Positions 17,901 through 27,224 of a stretch of DNA of 64,000 nucleotides are shown one piece after another. Source of the stretch: an uncultured Bacteriovoracaceae bacterium (lineage in GTDB: Bacteria > Desulfobacterota > Desulfomonilia > UBA1062); assembly GCA_964618975.1 (NCBI GenBank), contig CAZUDI010000010.1, positions 4,378 through 68,377 of the forward strand, given 5' to 3'. The notes under the pieces are model-generated. The model did no database searches and had not been told where the DNA came from. It saw only the letters and a program-made list of their open reading frames with translations. Each line of letters opens with the position of its first letter. The first letter of the stretch is position 1. The translations under genes were made by a program, and so were the position numbers.

Positions 17901-19202
17901 CTACTCATCCTCTCTCGGACCCGTCATGGCCGCATCATCCTGCACCGCACTGATCTGCCGGTAGACACCCCGGGCGAGGATCAGGGCAATGAAGAAGAGC
18001 AGGATCAGTGACACGATGACCACCGTAATGCTGGATTTCTGCCAGCGTGCAACCTTCTGCTGGATTTCCTTTACCTTTTCCTGACTGAGGTTGTGATATC
18101 GGTCGATATCCACCATCATGCCGACCCAACCGAAGCCCTGAGGCTTGCTGAGTCCGGCCCCATAAAAGGCGATCGGGGCATAGGCCGCAAAGATGCGGCT
18201 GTTCCCCAGGGTATAAGTGAAGGATCCGTTTTTGCCTTCCGAGGCCAGGGCATGCATCCGCGGATAATTCTCGTCCAAGAATCCCATCTTGGTGACATTC
18301 ATGGCCCCGTTGCCCGAGGCGAGCAGGGCCTCATAATTGTCCGCGTCCATGTCAGATACGGGCTGCTGATTCTCCCCGAAACCCTTGATCAGATAATCCG
18401 CCGGATGGGACAACACATAACCCTCCCGATCCACCAGGAAGGCATAGTTCTTATCCTCCATCTGCACGGCAGCATATACCTTACCGGCCTCGGTAGGGAT
18501 AATATGATCCGTGAATTCCATAACATGTACGAAATTCAGGGCCAATTCCACCACCCCGGCAAAACCCGTAGAATCAAAAACCGGCGCCGCCATGCGGATA
18601 ATGCCGTCAAAACGCTTGCCGCTATCGAACTCCGCCTTGCTCACATGCCGACCGGTTACGGGTCCCATGAAAAATTCACCGGGCGGCAGGGTCTTGGCCT
18701 GATCGAAATACCCCTCGCCCTGAACACCTTCCACGCCGGCCACATTCCGCAACTCACTAGCCGGCACTGGGCCATCGGCGTTGACCTTGAGGATCTCCAT
18801 ACCCTCCTTGTCGACGAAGGCGATCTCACGATAGATGGGGACGGGAATCTTCACTATACCTACATCGGAGGCCTTCACAACCCCCCTCACGTTGGAATTC
18901 AAGAACGTCGTGTATGACTCTACGTCCCGCGGAAGAATCGAGGCAATCCGGATGTCCTTTTCGCGTTCACTGAAGAACTGGGCGATCGCCTCGGCAATAT
19001 TGGCGGCACGCCCTTCGATGAGCTGCTTCTGACTCTCATCAAGAATACGCAGGTTCGCCTGCGTCGCTTCCTCCCCCACCTTCACCACCCCCTTGCTGAT
19101 CACCACTCCGGTAATAGCCAGGGGCAGCACGATGAGAATGATGAAGCTCAGCGCGATGCCTGCGAAGCTGAAACGGGTCTTTCCTTCCTGGTCCATATCC
19201 AT
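17901..19202 (-). CDS. Cache-like periplasmic sensor domain membrane protein with no output domain
   Basis: Two transmembrane segments (about residues 12-35 and 395-420) bracket a periplasmic domain of roughly 330 aa with a double-Cache-like pattern. The cytoplasmic tail is only about 20 aa. Confidence 0.65.
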   Translation of the reverse strand: MDMDQEGKTRFSFAGIALSFIILIVLPLAITGVVISKGVVKVGEEATQANLRILDESQKQLIEGRAANIAEAIAQFFSEREKDIRIASILPRDVESYTTFLNSNVRGVVKASDVGIVKIPVPIYREIAFVDKEGMEILKVNADGPVPASELRNVAGVEGVQGEGYFDQAKTLPPGEFFMGPVTGRHVSKAEFDSGKRFDGIIRMAAPVFDSTGFAGVVELALNFVHVMEFTDHIIPTEAGKVYAAVQMEDKNYAFLVDREGYVLSHPADYLIKGFGENQQPVSDMDADNYEALLASGNGAMNVTKMGFLDENYPRMHALASEGKNGSFTYTLGNSRIFAAYAPIAFYGAGLSKPQGFGWVGMMVDIDRYHNLSQEKVKEIQQKVARWQKSSITVVIVSLILLFFIALILARGVYRQISAVQDDAAMTGPREDE

Positions 19203-19379
19203 CTCCTGACCATGTTATTCAATTCGCAGCACAATGAATAACAAGCACTCTGTTGACCGGCGCGAGGGCGACCCCATGGATGGCAGGAGGGATGAGCCGC
19301 ACCTCACCCCCCGCGCATATCGATCCGGTGTTCCCGACGGTCCTCTTCCCTCTCGCGGAATCATATCTCCCTATCTGCA

Positions 19380-19739
19380 CTACCCCAGGATAATGGCCTT
19401 GTATGGATTGGCATAGAGAATAATGAGCGTGATAACCAGAGCATAGATGGCGATGGACTCGGTCATGGCCAACCCGACCATCATGGTCAGCATGATCTTG
19501 CCCTGAGAGCCAGGGTTCCGGCCTACGGCCTCAGACGCACCCGAGGTTGCATTTCCCATTCCAGCACCAGCGCCGATCGCACCGAGGCCCATACAGAGAC
19601 CTGCACCGAGGATCGATGCCGCGACATAGATGATCTTGGCCCAGTCGACAAATCCACCGGCCACATCAGCCGCCATAGCTGCACTGGAAACCGCAAACAG
19701 CATGAACGCCGCAAACACAAAAACTCGTAATCCTCCCAT
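19380..19739 (-). CDS. atpE: F0F1-type ATP synthase subunit c (proteolipid) with N-terminal extension, orphan gene
   Basis: GLGAIGAGAGMGNATSGASEAVGRNP...MTESIAIYALVI c-subunit hairpin. Start at the ATG with an AAGGAGA RBS (the ORF track's 19745 is a GTG two codons upstream). No other atp genes are nearby. Confidence 0.7.
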   Translation of the reverse strand: MGGLRVFVFAAFMLFAVSSAAMAADVAGGFVDWAKIIYVAASILGAGLCMGLGAIGAGAGMGNATSGASEAVGRNPGSQGKIMLTMMVGLAMTESIAIYALVITLIILYANPYKAIILG

Positions 19740-19915
19740 TAGCACTCTCCTTGTTAGTTAATATATTATACGCATGAATTCAGAGCATTATTCTGAACCA
19801 CGATTCATTAAATACACGATAGGGCAGCCTTATGCAAGTGAAATTTGCCGTGATATGAAAAATGATTCAGGGCTCAGAATGAGGGAATATCCCCTCATGA
19901 CAGGCCCTTAACCCC

Positions 19916-21469
19916 TCAGCGTTCCAGGAGAGCTCCGAACAGATCCTTGTTAAAAAAGGGCTCGTCCTCAAGACTGGCCCGGGGTATTTTGCCGGCCCTG
20001 ACGGCGAACGCCAAGCTCTCCTCGAGAGGAAAATACTCGCCCTGCAGGGAGGTGGCCTGCCCTTTGATATAGTAAATCTTGCCGTCTCTGATATAGGTCT
20101 GCACGCGCTTGGTCCCGATGAGCATCTCCCAGATGAGGATCTGCCTCTCATCGGTCCGGGCGCCAACCATGCGCTGGGAGAACACCCCCACGAGGGAGCG
20201 GGCGAACATGGCCTTCAGGTAGTCGTCTGAGAGCGTGGAGAGATACTGCTCCAGGGCGCTGAACACATCCGTAGCCGTAATGCCGGCGATGACGAGGATG
20301 CCCTTCTGGGCGGCGATGATGGATGCCTCCACCATGGAGCGGTTCTTGAGATTGGAGAGCACGAGCACATCCGGATCGTGCCGAAAGACGTGTTCGAAAA
20401 GCTGGGCGGAGTCCTTGCTGGTGTCGCGTCCGATCTCGCGCTGGTTGACATTGGAACGCTTGTGGTAATGCAGATATTCGATGGGGTCTTCGAAGGTGAT
20501 GATGTTACAGGTCCGGCTGGCGTTGATATGATCGACGAGGGCGGCGAGGGTGGCATCCTTGCCGTGTCCTCCGGGGGAACTCACCAGGAGGACACCCTTG
20601 CGCTCCAGTAGTGCAAGCAACCCTTCGGGGAGACCGAGGGCGGCGCTGCTAGGTATATCCTCCACGATCTTGCGTGCGGCCACCGCAATCTCCCCGCCCC
20701 GGTGCATATAGACATTCATGCGGTAGCGTCCCGTGCCGGCCCGGTTATAGGTATATTCGACCTCCTTGTTCTCACGCAGTTCGGCCTGCTGTTCCTGCGG
20801 TAGGATCTCCCGGATCAGGGAATCCATGAGCTCGGGGGTCACCATAGGCATGTTGCTTCTTACCAGGGTTCGGCCGCGCCTTAAGGCCGGCGGGATCCCG
20901 ATGGTGATGTGCAGGTCAGAATATTCGGGTTGCTCCAGGAGCCGCAGGATGTTGTCCGGGCTCATGTCCTGCACGGTTATGGAAGGGGTGCTCCGGGGCA
21001 CGTCCTTCAACACGAGGTCCTCCCGGCCGCAGCCGGATCGTTCTAGGGCCTTCAGGATATCCCGGATCTGCACCTGAGAGGCAAGCACAGGGGACACCTC
21101 GCGGTTGATCAGAAACTTGACGTTCTCCACCGAGACGTAATTCAGCGGGTCGGCAAAGGCCACGGTGGCAAGGCGCTCCTTGACCGCCAGGGGCACGACC
21201 AGCATTTCGTGCATGCGATCCTGGGGCAGAAGCACCTGGGCATCCTTCCTGATAACCCCCTCTTCCATGTCCAGGGTAGGCACATTGATGAGATTCTTGA
21301 GGATGCCGAGCACCTGGTCCTCTCTGAGGTAGGCCAGATGGATCAGGGTTTCCCCGAGCTTGAGATTGTGCTGCTGGGAAACCTCCAGGGCATGACGCAG
21401 CCGGTGTTCATCGATCAGACCCAGCTCGACGAGGACATCCCCCATGCGCCGGTTGTTTCTCTCTCCCAT
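19916..21469 (-). CDS. MshEN (c-di-GMP-binding) N-domain fused to a PilT-like type-IV-pilus ATPase domain with degenerate catalytic motifs
   Basis: N-terminus carries two MshEN repeats (LGDVLVELGLIDEHRLRHALEVSQQ, LGETLIHLAYLREDQVLGILKNL). The Walker A is SPGGHGKDAT instead of GPTGSGKST. The Asp and His boxes are degenerate (DPDVLVLSNLKN, VIAGITATD). Confidence 0.85.
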   Translation of the reverse strand: MGERNNRRMGDVLVELGLIDEHRLRHALEVSQQHNLKLGETLIHLAYLREDQVLGILKNLINVPTLDMEEGVIRKDAQVLLPQDRMHEMLVVPLAVKERLATVAFADPLNYVSVENVKFLINREVSPVLASQVQIRDILKALERSGCGREDLVLKDVPRSTPSITVQDMSPDNILRLLEQPEYSDLHITIGIPPALRRGRTLVRSNMPMVTPELMDSLIREILPQEQQAELRENKEVEYTYNRAGTGRYRMNVYMHRGGEIAVAARKIVEDIPSSAALGLPEGLLALLERKGVLLVSSPGGHGKDATLAALVDHINASRTCNIITFEDPIEYLHYHKRSNVNQREIGRDTSKDSAQLFEHVFRHDPDVLVLSNLKNRSMVEASIIAAQKGILVIAGITATDVFSALEQYLSTLSDDYLKAMFARSLVGVFSQRMVGARTDERQILIWEMLIGTKRVQTYIRDGKIYYIKGQATSLQGEYFPLEESLAFAVRAGKIPRASLEDEPFFNKDLFGALLER

Positions 21470-21730
21470 GACCTACCCCCCGTATTCTTTATTGTCCCTA
21501 TTATCGGAAACAAGGGCCCTGGGCCTTAATGGATTCTCCCCCAAGATGGGGCCTCCCTGCTGCACAACCCTGGCAGGGGTCCTGTTGTATGCATATCGCC
21601 CGTGACCAACCCCGAGGCCCCCAGGGCCTTCATTCATATTTCCTGTGGCACTTGGTTGGCGTCAATGATATGAAAAGCTTGGGCATGAATGCTAGGGCAG
21701 GCCTCGGAATCCCTGCTCGTCACAGACGGA

Positions 21731-21832
21731 GGGGCACGCGGCCCTTAGCGGATCATGGGTATGAACCCCAGGAAAAACCTGCCCCCCCCTCGACGCTGCA
21801 AGAGGCAGGGAATGCGGCCCATAGCGATTAAA
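21731..21832 (+). repeat. full copy of the dispersed intergenic repeat family, ending 3 nt before the histidine kinase start codon
   Basis: ggggcacgcggcccttagcg-gatcatgggtatgaaccccagg-...-ctcgacgctgcaagaggcaggg-aatgcggcccatagcgattaa. Confidence 0.85.
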
Positions 21833-21835
21833 ACT

Positions 21836-22762
21836 ATGAAAAATACCAAGAGATGGCCATCCATCACCATCTTCGTGATCATGCAGGTCGCCTGGGTGTC
21901 CGTTGTGACGCTCTGGATCATCTGGTATATCAAATATTGGTATGTCAAATACCACTATGCCCTCATCGAACACATCGGGGCCTGGGACATTGTCGTCATC
22001 GTCGAGGTATCCATCCTGCTGCTGCTGATTCTCATCGGCATCGTGATCCTCTTCGTACTTTACCAGCGCCAGGTTACCCTCACCCGCACCCAGACGCACC
22101 TCATCTCCGCCATTACCCATGAATTCAAGACCCCCCTGGCCACGACCCAGCTCTACCTGGAGACCATGCTGAAGCGGGAGCTGCCCGAGGAAACCCGGCA
22201 ACAACTCCTCACCGGCCTGCTCTCGGAAAATCAGCGGCTTAAATCCCTGGTGGAAAACTATCTGGAAAGCGCGCGACTGAGTTACCGGAACCGCTCTCAG
22301 AATCTCTCCCCACAGGCTATCAGCGAGATCATCTCGCGCTTTCTCAAGCGCCATGAGACGCTCGTCGGCCCGGTCGAGGTCTCCCTCGAGATCGAGGAGG
22401 GCCTGCTGGTCAACGTCGATGAAGACGCCTTTGATCTCGTCCTTTCCAACCTCACCGAAAACGCCATCCACTATTCCTCCGGTAGGGCACGCATTGACAT
22501 CCGTGCCTGGTCGGAGGCCAAGAGGACCTACATCGATTTCTCCGACGCGGGCATCGGCATCCCCCGCGAGCGGCATAAGGATGTATTCAAGATGTTCCAG
22601 CGGCTCCCGGAGGGGATCGCCCTGTGGGGAACAGGCACCGGTATGGGGTTGTATGTGGTCAAGGAAATTATCAAGGCCCATGGGGGCAAGATCAGGGTCA
22701 GGCCATCCTCGTCTGAGAACGGAACCTCGTTCCTCATCCAACTGCCGAGGGCGACAGCATGA
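21836..22762 (+). CDS. sensor histidine kinase
   Basis: Start at ATG 21836 (MKNTKRW). The upstream part of the long ORF is repeat-encoded. Two transmembrane segments, H-box ITHEFKTPL, N/G1/G2 ATP-binding motifs. Confidence 0.85.
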   Translation: MKNTKRWPSITIFVIMQVAWVSVVTLWIIWYIKYWYVKYHYALIEHIGAWDIVVIVEVSILLLLILIGIVILFVLYQRQVTLTRTQTHLISAITHEFKTPLATTQLYLETMLKRELPEETRQQLLTGLLSENQRLKSLVENYLESARLSYRNRSQNLSPQAISEIISRFLKRHETLVGPVEVSLEIEEGLLVNVDEDAFDLVLSNLTENAIHYSSGRARIDIRAWSEAKRTYIDFSDAGIGIPRERHKDVFKMFQRLPEGIALWGTGTGMGLYVVKEIIKAHGGKIRVRPSSSENGTSFLIQLPRATA

Positions 22763-23448
22763 GCATCAGATGGAGGGTACTCGTCATCGAGGATGACCAG
22801 GCGCTCGCCCTGGGACTGCGCATCAATCTGGAGGCGGAAGGTTATGCGGTGGTCCACGTCCTCACCGGCGAAGAGGGCCTTTCCGTAGTGCAGGACGGCG
22901 GTGTCGATCTGGTAGTGCTCGATCTCATGCTGCCGGGCATGGACGGCATCCAGACCCTGCAACGCATCCGGCGTGACGATCCGCGGATCCCGGTGCTGAT
23001 CCTGACGGCCAAGTCGGCCATGGAGGACAAGGTCACGGGGCTGCGCGCCGGTGCGGATGACTACCTCACCAAACCCTTCCATCTCGAGGAATTTCTCCTC
23101 AGGGTGAAGCGCATCCTCGACCGCTACGAATGGTACCGCTCCAGCGATATCCTGGAACTGGGCGCAGCCACGGTCGATTTCTCCACCCTCGAGGCCGTCG
23201 ACCCCCAGGGTCATAGACATCGCATCACACCGCACGAGGCCCGCCTGATCCAGTATCTCGTGGCCTATCAGGAACGCATCGTCACCCGGGCGGAACTCCT
23301 CAAAAACGTATGGGGCCTGGATCCCTCGCTGGAAACGCGCACGGTGGATACCTTTATCTCCCGTATCCGCCGCTATCTGGAACCCACCCCCTCACGGCCC
23401 ACGCACATCATCAGCATCCGGGGGAAAGGCTACCGCTACATCCCCTAA
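22759..23448 (+). CDS. OmpR-family response regulator
   Basis: Receiver domain (VLVIEDD...DLVVLDLMLPGMDG) plus a winged-helix trans_reg_C domain. ATGA overlap with the kinase gene. Confidence 0.9.
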   Translation: MSIRWRVLVIEDDQALALGLRINLEAEGYAVVHVLTGEEGLSVVQDGGVDLVVLDLMLPGMDGIQTLQRIRRDDPRIPVLILTAKSAMEDKVTGLRAGADDYLTKPFHLEEFLLRVKRILDRYEWYRSSDILELGAATVDFSTLEAVDPQGHRHRITPHEARLIQYLVAYQERIVTRAELLKNVWGLDPSLETRTVDTFISRIRRYLEPTPSRPTHIISIRGKGYRYIP

Positions 23449-23472
23449 GGAATCAAGGAGGACGCCATTTTC

Positions 23473-24219
23473 ATGAATTCTCTCAATGGATATGAACGCT
23501 TCAAAAAGTCTCTGGCCCGCTCGACCAGCCCGGCGGTCAACGATTTCCTCGTCTCGCGTCCCGATACGCTGCCGATGATCATCACGGGCGCTCCCAGTAC
23601 CAAGATCGATCTCACCACCATCACCACGGTGGGCATCGAAAATTTCTCGGTCAAACTCGTCCATGGTTTCGCCGTGATAGATGCCTCCCTGCACTGTCTG
23701 CTGGACAGTGCGCAGTATCTCGAACAACCCCCTTCTGGCACCTCACATCTCCACCGCATGCGCTACGTCTATATGCACATCGAACAGTATCTCAACGAGA
23801 CCTGCCTGCTCCGCGGCCGCATCAACGACTACCTGAAAGTGATCCCCCGGCTGTACCGCAGAGATCCGTGGTATCAGAGCCTGCTGGAGACCACGGCCAC
23901 GCTTACGGCACGTGTGAACGCCACCTTTGATCTCATTCTGAACGATGGCGACAATCATCTCGAAGAGACGCGTCAGAGGGATGCGCGCCTGGACACGCTA
24001 ATGGCCTTCGGCGCCTATCCGATCATCAAAACAGAGGCCTTCACCTCCATGTATACACGCGAGTTCCAGGCCATTCATGCACAATGGCTTCACCATGTCA
24101 TCGAGTACAATCAGCACATCACGGATCTGGCGGATTTATGCTTCGGGCAGCTCCATACCACCCTCTTCGATACCGAAGAGGCCCTGATCTATCCCAAACG
24201 TCTCGAGGTCTGCATCTGA
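23473..24219 (+). CDS. hypothetical protein (third gene of the two-component operon)
   Basis: GGAGGA RBS, 248 aa, no recognisable motif. Its amino-acid composition is protein-like rather than GC-skewed. Confidence 0.55.
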   Translation: MNSLNGYERFKKSLARSTSPAVNDFLVSRPDTLPMIITGAPSTKIDLTTITTVGIENFSVKLVHGFAVIDASLHCLLDSAQYLEQPPSGTSHLHRMRYVYMHIEQYLNETCLLRGRINDYLKVIPRLYRRDPWYQSLLETTATLTARVNATFDLILNDGDNHLEETRQRDARLDTLMAFGAYPIIKTEAFTSMYTREFQAIHAQWLHHVIEYNQHITDLADLCFGQLHTTLFDTEEALIYPKRLEVCI

Positions 24220-24322
24220 AGACAAGCCCTTCCCCCGCCGCGCACGAGAATATCCCATGCACCCAGGACCGCCCCCGATGCAACCCGTGGGCGGCAGGCC
24301 GCACATCCGGTGCATCTCGCCT

Positions 24323-24351
24323 TTGACAGAGCGGCGGCAATGCTTTATAGT
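24323..24351 (+). promoter_or_regulatory. near-consensus sigma70 promoter of the merR-family gene
   Basis: TTGACA at 24323-24328, an exact 17-bp spacer, then TATAGT at 24346-24351. An AT-rich dyad (tagctttaagctta) lies between the -10 and the RBS. Confidence 0.6.
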
Positions 24352-24391
24352 ATAGGTTATAGTTTAGCTTTAAGCTTAATAAGGAGATCCC

Positions 24392-25090
24392 ATGGGCATC
24401 AAGATCGGTGAGATTGCCAGGAGGAGCGGTGTCCCACCGTCGACCATCCGATACTACGTGCGTCAAGGTCTGCTGCCGGAGCCGGACAAGGTGAACAAGA
24501 GCATGGCCTACTACGACGAAGGCTGTATCGAGAAGATCCAGGCCATCCGTTATCTGCAGGAGACACGCTACTTCCCCCTGTCCGTCATCTGCAATATCCT
24601 GCGCCGAATGAACGATGGCCTCAGCCTGGAGGAGGCGGAGTCCATCGAAGATGCGGTCTTCGGTACCCAGGGAGACCTCATTGAGAGGGAGGGCTTCCTG
24701 CGGGCCACCGGACTGACGGGCGAGGAACTGGACCAGGCCGAAGGCATGGGTCTGCTCCTGCCCTATATCCAGGAACCCGGGCGCACCCGCTACAACCAGG
24801 AGGATATCCGTTTCGGCAAGGAGATCCTCAAGGCCTACCTCGACCTGGGAGGTGAGTTCAAGGACCTGGATTTCTACGTCACCCTCGGCAAAGAGATCAT
24901 GGACCACGAACAGAGCCTGCGTAAGAAGATGGTCCGCGGAAAAAACAAGAAGGAGAACATCCTCATCACCGCCGGCATCTCCAAGATCGCTGACTTCTTA
25001 AGGGGATACATCCTGAGACGACTATTTCAACGCACCGTCCAGGAAAGCATCGTCAAGAGTCTCGATAAGGACGCATCGCCTCCACGCTAA
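24392..25090 (+). CDS. MerR-family transcriptional regulator
   Basis: N-terminal MerR HTH (IGEIARRSGVPPSTIRYYVRQGLLPEP) and a long C-terminal effector domain. Confidence 0.85.
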   Translation: MGIKIGEIARRSGVPPSTIRYYVRQGLLPEPDKVNKSMAYYDEGCIEKIQAIRYLQETRYFPLSVICNILRRMNDGLSLEEAESIEDAVFGTQGDLIEREGFLRATGLTGEELDQAEGMGLLLPYIQEPGRTRYNQEDIRFGKEILKAYLDLGGEFKDLDFYVTLGKEIMDHEQSLRKKMVRGKNKKENILITAGISKIADFLRGYILRRLFQRTVQESIVKSLDKDASPPR

Positions 25091-25133
25091 AGCGTTTCCC
25101 CCCTTGTGGCCCATACAGACGCAATGTCGTCAC

Positions 25134-25160
25134 GGCTCAAGGGTCTGCCTCCCTTGAGCC
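25134..25160. terminator. hairpin between the convergent merR-family and fadH-like genes
   Basis: ggctcaaggg-tctgcctc-ccttgagcc. Confidence 0.45.
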
Positions 25161-25188
25161 ATGGCAAGGCACTGGGCACATCCAAGGC

Positions 25189-27207
25189 TCAGCCCTTGGG
25201 CGCCTCCCCGGCAACCCGATACCCGGCCTCAAAGCCCTCATGGATGGCCTCGAACGCCTTGCGGGGACGGCGTGCATCGCCCACCGTGACAACCTGCGGC
25301 ACATGGGGACGCACCTTCTCCACCAGGGAGTCATCCCTGCGTGTCCCCACGGCCAGGACCACCGTGTCACAGGCAATAAGGCGCTCAGATCCATCCTGTT
25401 CCACCAGGACACCCTCAGGAACGATCGCACTGGCCTTCGTACTGACCAGGGTATGCACATGGTAGCGCCTGAGCATCTGCAGTTCCACCCAGCGATTGCT
25501 GAGCCCGATATCGGTCCCCAGGCGCGGAAGCATTTCGATGATCGTCACCCCTTTGATGCCGCAGGTCGCGAGCCTTTTCAGCGTCTCCACCTCCTCGGCC
25601 TGATGCAGGAAGAGAAACTCGAGCGTCGCCGCATCGATCGTGCCGATCTGGGCCAGCAGGATCCCGGTCTCAATGCCCACCGCCCCGCCGCCAATGATCA
25701 CCACCTCCTTTCCTACGCTGGCCCGGCCTGCCAACACATCCCAGGCCTGCACCACATTCTGCCCCTCGGCTCCGGGGATGCCCGGCATGATGGGGCATCC
25801 CCCCGTGGCCACGACCACGGCCATGGGTCTTTCCTGTCCCACGCTGGCCGCATCCGCCCGGGTGCCAGTCCTGATTTCAACGCCGCTCAGGTGTGCCTGA
25901 CGCGTCAGGACCCGCACGAGGGTGTTGAATTCATCCCGCGACTGAAGCGCACCGGCCAGGTGCAACTGACCGCCCGGACGTTCACTTTCCTCAAAGAGCA
26001 CGACTCGCAGTCCCGCAGTGGCAGCGCTGATGGCGGCCGAGAGTCCCGCCGGCCCACCGCCCGCCACCACCAGCGTCTGCCCCTTTCCGGCCCCGGCCCG
26101 GGAAGGGAATTCCTCCTCGCGGCCCGCCCGGGGGTTGACCATGCAGGCCACCGACCCCAGACTTACGAGCCTGTCGAAACAGCCCTGGTTGCACCCGATG
26201 CAGGACACGATATCCTCGCATCTTCCCGCACGCGCCTTGTTCGGGAGCTCCGGGTCGGCGATGAGGCCACGGGCGAAGCCCACCATGTCCGCCAGGCCTT
26301 CGCGGATGATGGCCTGTGCCGCGCGGGGATCCGTGATGCGGTTGCAGGCGATCACGGGTTTTTTCACCGCCTCCTTGATGCCGCGGGCAAGGTAGACGTA
26401 AGCCCCGCGGGGTACCTCCATGGGTATCTGGGGAATACGTGTCTCATGCCAGCCCCCGGTGACATTGAAGGCGTCGACCCCGGCGTGCTCTAGCGCAAGG
26501 GCAAAGCTTTGCGCCTCGCGGTTGGTGTGGCTGCCCGGGATGAAGTCGTTGCCCGCGATCCTGAAAATCACGGGATAACCCTCGCCCACCGCGCCCCGGA
26601 TGGCCTCGGCCACCTCGATACCGAAACGCATACGGCGCTTCAGATCACCTCCGTAGGCGTCCCCCCTCAGATTCGTGACCGGCGATAGGAACTGCGAGAT
26701 CAGATAGCCAGCCGAGGCGATAACCTCCACCACATCCAGACCGGCCGCCTTGACCCGAGCCGCCGCCGTGGCATAGGCCTCGATGACGCCGTGAATCTCT
26801 TCAAGGGTCATCTCCCGCGGCTCTTCCCTGGTGAAATGGGAGGTCACGGCCGAAGGGGCCAGGGCCTGCCGGCCGATGAGGGCCGAGTGGGCGTAGCGTC
26901 CTGCCTGATATAGCTGGGCACCTATGCAGGCACCATGGGCCTTGACCGCCAGCGCCAGCCGCCTGAGCCCGGGGATGAAACGCTCATCGTCCAGGCCGAT
27001 GAGCCACTCTCCCCCGCTGTAGGCGTCGATGCGGCAGCCGCCGATCAGTATCAGGCCAGCCCCGCCGCGAGCGCGCTCCGTATAGAAGGCGATGAGCCGA
27101 TCGGTCACCTCGCCCGTGGGGGTATAGTTGAGGTGCATGGCCGGCATGACAATCCGATTCCTTAACATGGCATTCCCGATGCAAAGCGGGGAAAAAAGGG
27201 CATCCAT
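25189..27207 (-). CDS. 2,4-dienoyl-CoA reductase-like flavoenzyme (OYE-family FMN domain plus FAD/NAD(P)-binding domain)
   Basis: 672 aa. N-terminal Old-Yellow-Enzyme TIM-barrel motifs, a 4Fe-4S Cys cluster (CIGCNQGC) and a C-terminal GGGPAG dinucleotide fold, matching FadH/enoate reductase architecture. AGGAGG RBS. Confidence 0.88.
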   Translation of the reverse strand: MDALFSPLCIGNAMLRNRIVMPAMHLNYTPTGEVTDRLIAFYTERARGGAGLILIGGCRIDAYSGGEWLIGLDDERFIPGLRRLALAVKAHGACIGAQLYQAGRYAHSALIGRQALAPSAVTSHFTREEPREMTLEEIHGVIEAYATAAARVKAAGLDVVEVIASAGYLISQFLSPVTNLRGDAYGGDLKRRMRFGIEVAEAIRGAVGEGYPVIFRIAGNDFIPGSHTNREAQSFALALEHAGVDAFNVTGGWHETRIPQIPMEVPRGAYVYLARGIKEAVKKPVIACNRITDPRAAQAIIREGLADMVGFARGLIADPELPNKARAGRCEDIVSCIGCNQGCFDRLVSLGSVACMVNPRAGREEEFPSRAGAGKGQTLVVAGGGPAGLSAAISAATAGLRVVLFEESERPGGQLHLAGALQSRDEFNTLVRVLTRQAHLSGVEIRTGTRADAASVGQERPMAVVVATGGCPIMPGIPGAEGQNVVQAWDVLAGRASVGKEVVIIGGGAVGIETGILLAQIGTIDAATLEFLFLHQAEEVETLKRLATCGIKGVTIIEMLPRLGTDIGLSNRWVELQMLRRYHVHTLVSTKASAIVPEGVLVEQDGSERLIACDTVVLAVGTRRDDSLVEKVRPHVPQVVTVGDARRPRKAFEAIHEGFEAGYRVAGEAPKG

Positions 27208-27224
27208 GAGTTCCTCCTATTATA

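Noticed and set aside
21692-22741. 349-aa minus-strand ORF antisense to the histidine kinase
   Set aside because: Antisense to a gene with H-box and ATPase motifs, and Asp/Gly-rich low complexity.
24360-24383. Fifth copy of the GTTTAAAG-N8-ATACTTC motif over the merR RBS
   Set aside because: It matches only the first half well (gtttagct) and is oriented away from any minus-strand gene. It is treated as a weak relative and not counted as a regulon member.
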